A stretch of 20,000 bases of DNA from an uncultured virus (IMG/VR IMGVR_UViG_3300042868_003000) (Duplodnaviria; Heunggongvirae; Uroviricota; Caudoviricetes), in the IMG/VR virus record IMGVR_UViG_3300042868_003000; one strand, given 5' to 3'. Shown in pieces: positions 16,711 through 20,000 of this stretch (position 1 is its first letter; each line of letters begins with the position of its first letter). The notes under the pieces were generated by a model. That model made no database searches. It was not told the origin of the DNA and saw only the letters and a program-made list of their open reading frames with translations. A program made the position numbers and the translations under genes.

Positions 16711-17244
16711 AGCGGTAATTGTAAAATTACTTGTTGCTGCAGTTGTTGTTGTTCCACTAATTTGTCCGTTAGAGCTATTTAAACTCAATCCTGTTGGTAA
16801 ACTACCTGATGTTACACTGTATGTAATAGTTGAATCACTTGTTGCATTAACTGATTGTGAGTGAGAAGAACCAACTATAGCACCAGTTAAAGCTCCACTA
16901 GCAGTTACCCACGATGGTGCAGTACTATAAGTTATGCCGTTTGGTTTTACACCTACACTACCATCCGTATTATAAACATACAGGTGATATGCGCCTAAAT
17001 TTTTTGCTGGACTAGTAAATGTTAAACTGGTACTACTCACATAAGTTGTACTGCAAGTATTTGAATCCACATAAACTACTGCACCAGAACTAAAACCTGA
17101 ACCGGCCACAGTTACTGTTTGCCCACCAGCAAGAAGTCCAACAGAAGGAGTTACTGATGTTATCTTAACGCCCGATGATACACCAGCAGTAACGATAACT
17201 GGTGTAATTGAGTTTGCTCTTAATGATTTTAAACTTGTTGCCAT
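15868..17244 (-). CDS. IPT/TIG + He_PIG + glycine-rich domain protein, paralogue of 14426..15865
   Basis: Start moved to the ATG at 17244 (MATSLKSL..., 458 aa), which gives a TAATG overlap with the upstream stop. Same architecture and same C-terminal YKFTSSGSITF as its neighbour. Confidence 0.88.
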   Translation of the reverse strand: MATSLKSLRANSITPVIVTAGVSSGVKITSVTPSVGLLAGGQTVTVAGSGFSSGAVVYVDSNTCSTTYVSSTSLTFTSPAKNLGAYHLYVYNTDGSVGVKPNGITYSTAPSWVTASGALTGAIVGSSHSQSVNATSDSTITYSVTSGSLPTGLSLNSSNGQISGTTTTAATSNFTITATDSENQTTSRSFSIESTNVTIDYLVVAGGGGGGMTPPQGYGSGGGAGGYLTASSIGISSGITYTITVGAGGTRAEYGGTTPTIGGNSSISGSGFTTVTSIGGGRGSTNGTDAGGNGGSGGGGGKSSLAGKGVYPDSTYIDAPRQGYDGGNGSSDNGGAGGGAGAAGGSGASAAGGIGLSSSITGTATYYAGGGGGGSSGAGGLGGGGSLSYPNGVTNTGGGGAASPGAGTNSGSGGSGVVILKINGSAGNVSITGTPPDTIVGSGYTVYKFTSSGSITFN

Positions 17245-20000
17245 TATAGTTCCAGTACCTTCCATCCATATGTAGTGTTACTATAAACTAAACCAAAACT
17301 GGTTTGATCCACATCTATTGTTAAATCAGCAGCAATACCTTGAATCTTATGACTGTTTCTTGCAACAGTTAAATTGTTTGCACTGAATGTTCCAGCCAAA
17401 TCATTGAAACGAATCGTATCACCTAGTGTTGCACTTGCTGGCAGTGTCATTGTTTTTGGACCTGTTGAAGTATCAACAAAATATCCACTGCTTGTAACCA
17501 TGGTCGTGTTTGCATTTGCAATATACCATGTCATTGATGAACCACTCGAACTAGCTGCAACCAATTCACGCACTTGAATATCAACGCCATTAGCTGGCGC
17601 AGTAGAAAATACTACGTTAGCTCCAGATACTGTGTAATCTGTAATTGGTCTTTGTAAGATACCATTTTCAGCAACGAGTAAATTATTTGCAACGACACCT
17701 GATGTTACTGTAAAGTTTGTTGCTGTGTTGTTACCAGTATATGTTCTATACACCAGAGTGCCTGAACTACTTACTATACTTGTTGCTGCTAAAGTTGTAA
17801 CTTCAATGTAAGCAGTATTTGGTGGAACGGAATCGAATGTTAAAATGTTTCCTGATAAACTATAAGAAGTTTTAGGTTGCATTACACCTTGTACAGAAAC
17901 AAAGATTATATTTTCACTGTCTGGTGTTGTAGACAAAGTGAATGCTGAATTTGAACCATCACCAGTAAATGCATCAACATAACCGGTTAATGTTCCACCA
18001 GAACTGGTGTTTGCTTTATCAAAGGCTGCATTTGCTTGTGCTCTAGCCCAAGTGTCTGAACCACCGGCAGTATTGGCTGCCGTGAAAGCCGCATTGGCTG
18101 TGTTGTATGCATTGTTGGCTTGATTTCTAACCCACGGATCCGTTGCATTGTTAGCAGCATTAAAGGCTGCGTTAGCAGTTACAAAGGCACCATTAGCAAA
18201 TGATGCACCAGAGTTTGCTTTATCGAAAGCACCATTAGCAAAAGATGCTGTGGTATTTTGAGATGCATAAGAAGCATTAGCAGTTATAAAAGCCGCATTA
18301 GCAAACGTTGCACCAGAGTTTGCCGTTGTGTAAGATGCATTAGCGAAACCAGCCGTAGTATTTTGTGCGTCATAGGATGCATTGGCTCTTAGAAATGCAC
18401 CGTTTGCAAATGAGTTAGTTACACCTATTGATGTTGCAATTGTTGTACTAAAGTTTGCATCATTACCTAATGCAGTTGCCAATTCATTTAATGTATCTAA
18501 CGTTGTTGGCGCAGAGTTTACAAGATTTGCAATTGCATTACCAACATAAGTTGTTGTTGCATATCCAGCAGAAGCATGATTGCCCCAAGCATATGCTGCA
18601 TTGGCTGTTATGAAGGCACCATTAGCAAATGATGCACCAGAATTGGCTGCATTGTATGCTGCGTTTGCTTGTGTTCTTACCCAAGTATCTGTTGAGTTAT
18701 TGGCCGCATTAAAGGCAGCATTAGCAGTTATGAAGGCACCATTAGCGAACGATGCGGCTGAGTTGGCAACGATAAAGGATGCATTAGCAAACGAAGCACC
18801 AGAGTTGGCTGTAACAAAGGCACCGTTAGCAAACGAAGCTGCTGAATTGGATGTTACAAAGGCACCGTTAGCAAAACTACCAGCACTATTGGCTGTATCA
18901 TATGCATTATTAGCTTGACCCCTTACCCAACTATCAGTAGAATTATTGGCAGCTGTAAACGCAGCATTTGCTGTTGCGTATGCCGAATTAGCTCTATCAA
19001 ATGCAGAATTGGAATTGTCTGTAACTACTGGAACATTACTTAACAATTCACGTACTTGAATTATTGATCCGTTTGCAGGAGCTTCCACAAAGCTAATAGT
19101 ATTTCCCGTTACACTATAATCTGTCAGTGGATTTTGTGTAATACCATTATCAAAAATAAGAATACTATTTGCTGTTGTATTAGATGAAATTGAAAATGTA
19201 TTTGTGTTACCATCACCAGTAAAATTTCTGGTTATATAATATAAAGCAGCAGTATTACTAGCTGTAATAATTGTGTTGTATGCTAAATTGGCTGTAATAA
19301 AAGCCGCATTTGCTTGTGCTCTTGCAAAAGTGTCTGCACCACCAGCTGTATTTGCTTGTGCATAGGCTGCATTAGCATGGCTAAAAGCCAAACTAGATAT
19401 TGTTACACCGGTATTGGCTTGTGTAAATGCACCATTAGCAAATGAAGCACCAGAGTTTGCAACTTCGTAACCGGAGTTGGCTCTTAAAAAAGCACCATTA
19501 GCAAATGATGCTGCCGCATTGGCTGTTACAAAAGATGCATTAGCAAATGATGCGCCAGAATTGGCTGATACAAAAGCTCCGTTAGCAAATGAGGCACTAG
19601 TATTTGCAACTCCGTAACCAGAATTTGCACGTTCAAAGGATGCATTAGAAAAGATTGCGGCCGAATTGGCTGCAACAAATGCACCATTAGCGAATGAACT
19701 TGCATTGTTTGCCTGCGTGAAGGCACCATTAGCAAATGATGCTGCCGCATTGGCTGTTACAAAAGCACCATTAGCAAAACTAGAACTTGAATTTGCCGTA
19801 ACATAACTGGAGTTTGCTCTATCAAATGCACCGTTTGCAAATGCACCGGCACTTGTTGCTTTACTATCAGCTGTATTGGATGTTGTGAATGCTCCGTTAG
19901 CAAAACTTGCTGCTGAGTTGGCAGTTACAAAGGCACCATTAGCAAAACTACTAGCGCTATTGGCTGTATCGTATGCATTATTAGCCTGACCTCTTACCCA
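17244..20000 (-). CDS. Large Ala-Asn heptad-repeat fibre protein, 5'-truncated (>918 aa)
   Basis: The frame stays open beyond the ORF-track start at 19391 (a TTG) to the window edge (WVRGQANNAYDTANSASSFANGA...). It contains AN heptads, an LDTLNELATALGND module, three (F/Y)TG(D/N)...G..Q.P...Y...G...F...P domains (~19041-19243, 17790-17985, 17558-17755) and a C-terminal YFVDT...TLPA...GDTIRF...NNLTVARN domain seen in T4-like tail-fibre proteins. Confidence 0.88.
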   Translation of the reverse strand, partial: WVRGQANNAYDTANSASSFANGAFVTANSAASFANGAFTTSNTADSKATSAGAFANGAFDRANSSYVTANSSSSFANGAFVTANAAASFANGAFTQANNASSFANGAFVAANSAAIFSNASFERANSGYGVANTSASFANGAFVSANSGASFANASFVTANAAASFANGAFLRANSGYEVANSGASFANGAFTQANTGVTISSLAFSHANAAYAQANTAGGADTFARAQANAAFITANLAYNTIITASNTAALYYITRNFTGDGNTNTFSISSNTTANSILIFDNGITQNPLTDYSVTGNTISFVEAPANGSIIQVRELLSNVPVVTDNSNSAFDRANSAYATANAAFTAANNSTDSWVRGQANNAYDTANSAGSFANGAFVTSNSAASFANGAFVTANSGASFANASFIVANSAASFANGAFITANAAFNAANNSTDTWVRTQANAAYNAANSGASFANGAFITANAAYAWGNHASAGYATTTYVGNAIANLVNSAPTTLDTLNELATALGNDANFSTTIATSIGVTNSFANGAFLRANASYDAQNTTAGFANASYTTANSGATFANAAFITANASYASQNTTASFANGAFDKANSGASFANGAFVTANAAFNAANNATDPWVRNQANNAYNTANAAFTAANTAGGSDTWARAQANAAFDKANTSSGGTLTGYVDAFTGDGSNSAFTLSTTPDSENIIFVSVQGVMQPKTSYSLSGNILTFDSVPPNTAYIEVTTLAATSIVSSSGTLVYRTYTGNNTATNFTVTSGVVANNLLVAENGILQRPITDYTVSGANVVFSTAPANGVDIQVRELVAASSSGSSMTWYIANANTTMVTSSGYFVDTSTGPKTMTLPASATLGDTIRFNDLAGTFSANNLTVARNSHKIQGIAADLTIDVDQTSFGLVYSNTTYGWKVLEL

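Noticed and set aside
10874..17244. Cellular surface-protein or S-layer locus (IPT, He_PIG and LamG are common in bacteria)
   Set aside because: There are no signal peptides or sorting signals, and the adjacent gp13, tail-fibre motifs and T4 late-promoter boxes indicate a phage structural region.
1905..18918. Numerous plus-strand ORFs of 60-112 aa (e.g. 2101-2376, 3039-3359, 13422-13760, 18580-18918)
   Set aside because: They are antisense shadows of long minus-strand genes. Their sequences mirror the repeat codons of the real genes and show no independent protein motifs.
3703..19750. Short alternate-frame minus-strand ORFs (3703-3900, 4642-4866, 6734-6937, 14770-14994, 16101-16292, 19526-19750)
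   Set aside because: They are nested in longer genes and arise from Gly-rich or Ala-Asn repeat codon runs that lack stops in the shifted frame.
2278..20000. Diversity-generating retroelement (template/variable repeat pair)
   Set aside because: No reverse transcriptase is present in the window. The near-identical repeats all lie inside coding regions, and their mismatches are synonymous third-position T/C changes on the coding strand, not adenine-specific variation.
9580..20000. CRISPR array or non-coding tandem repeat
   Set aside because: The 21/42-bp periodicity is degenerate, in frame and explained by protein heptads. There is no constant repeat with unique spacers.
1..20000. Stop-codon recoding, programmed frameshifts, introns or inteins
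   Set aside because: The standard code gives near-complete coding density with intact domain architectures. Gene junctions are ordinary short gaps or TAATG/TGATG overlaps.

Overview
AT-rich segment of a large T4-like myovirus genome, resembling uncultured aquatic T4-like phages (lineage is inference). All credible genes lie on the minus strand, are tightly packed and encode virion structural or adhesin-type proteins. Read in transcription order (right to left), there are three blocks, each led by a stalk protein built from Ala-Asn heptad repeats. Block 1: a 5'-truncated >918-aa stalk, two paralogous IPT/He_PIG/glycine-rich proteins, and an IPT/He_PIG/4xLamG protein. Block 2: a 528-aa stalk with an inserted cupredoxin-like domain, a 104-aa protein, two distantly related ~400-aa proteins, and a 1193-aa beta-helix/Gly-rich/LamG mosaic. 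Block 3: a 221-aa stalk, a 120-aa putative adaptor and a WD40-like propeller. A 120-aa conserved small protein and the start of the neck protein gp13 follow. T4 late-type promoter motifs, (A/C)TAAATA, precede five genes. The most notable observations are the repeated stalk + coupling module + variable tip architecture, an intact type-1 copper ligand set in a fibre, a 35-bp exact repeat at a module junction, a hairpin that could mask the gp13 ribosome-binding site, and a possible MALT* deletion scar. All domain calls are by motif recognition, not database search.
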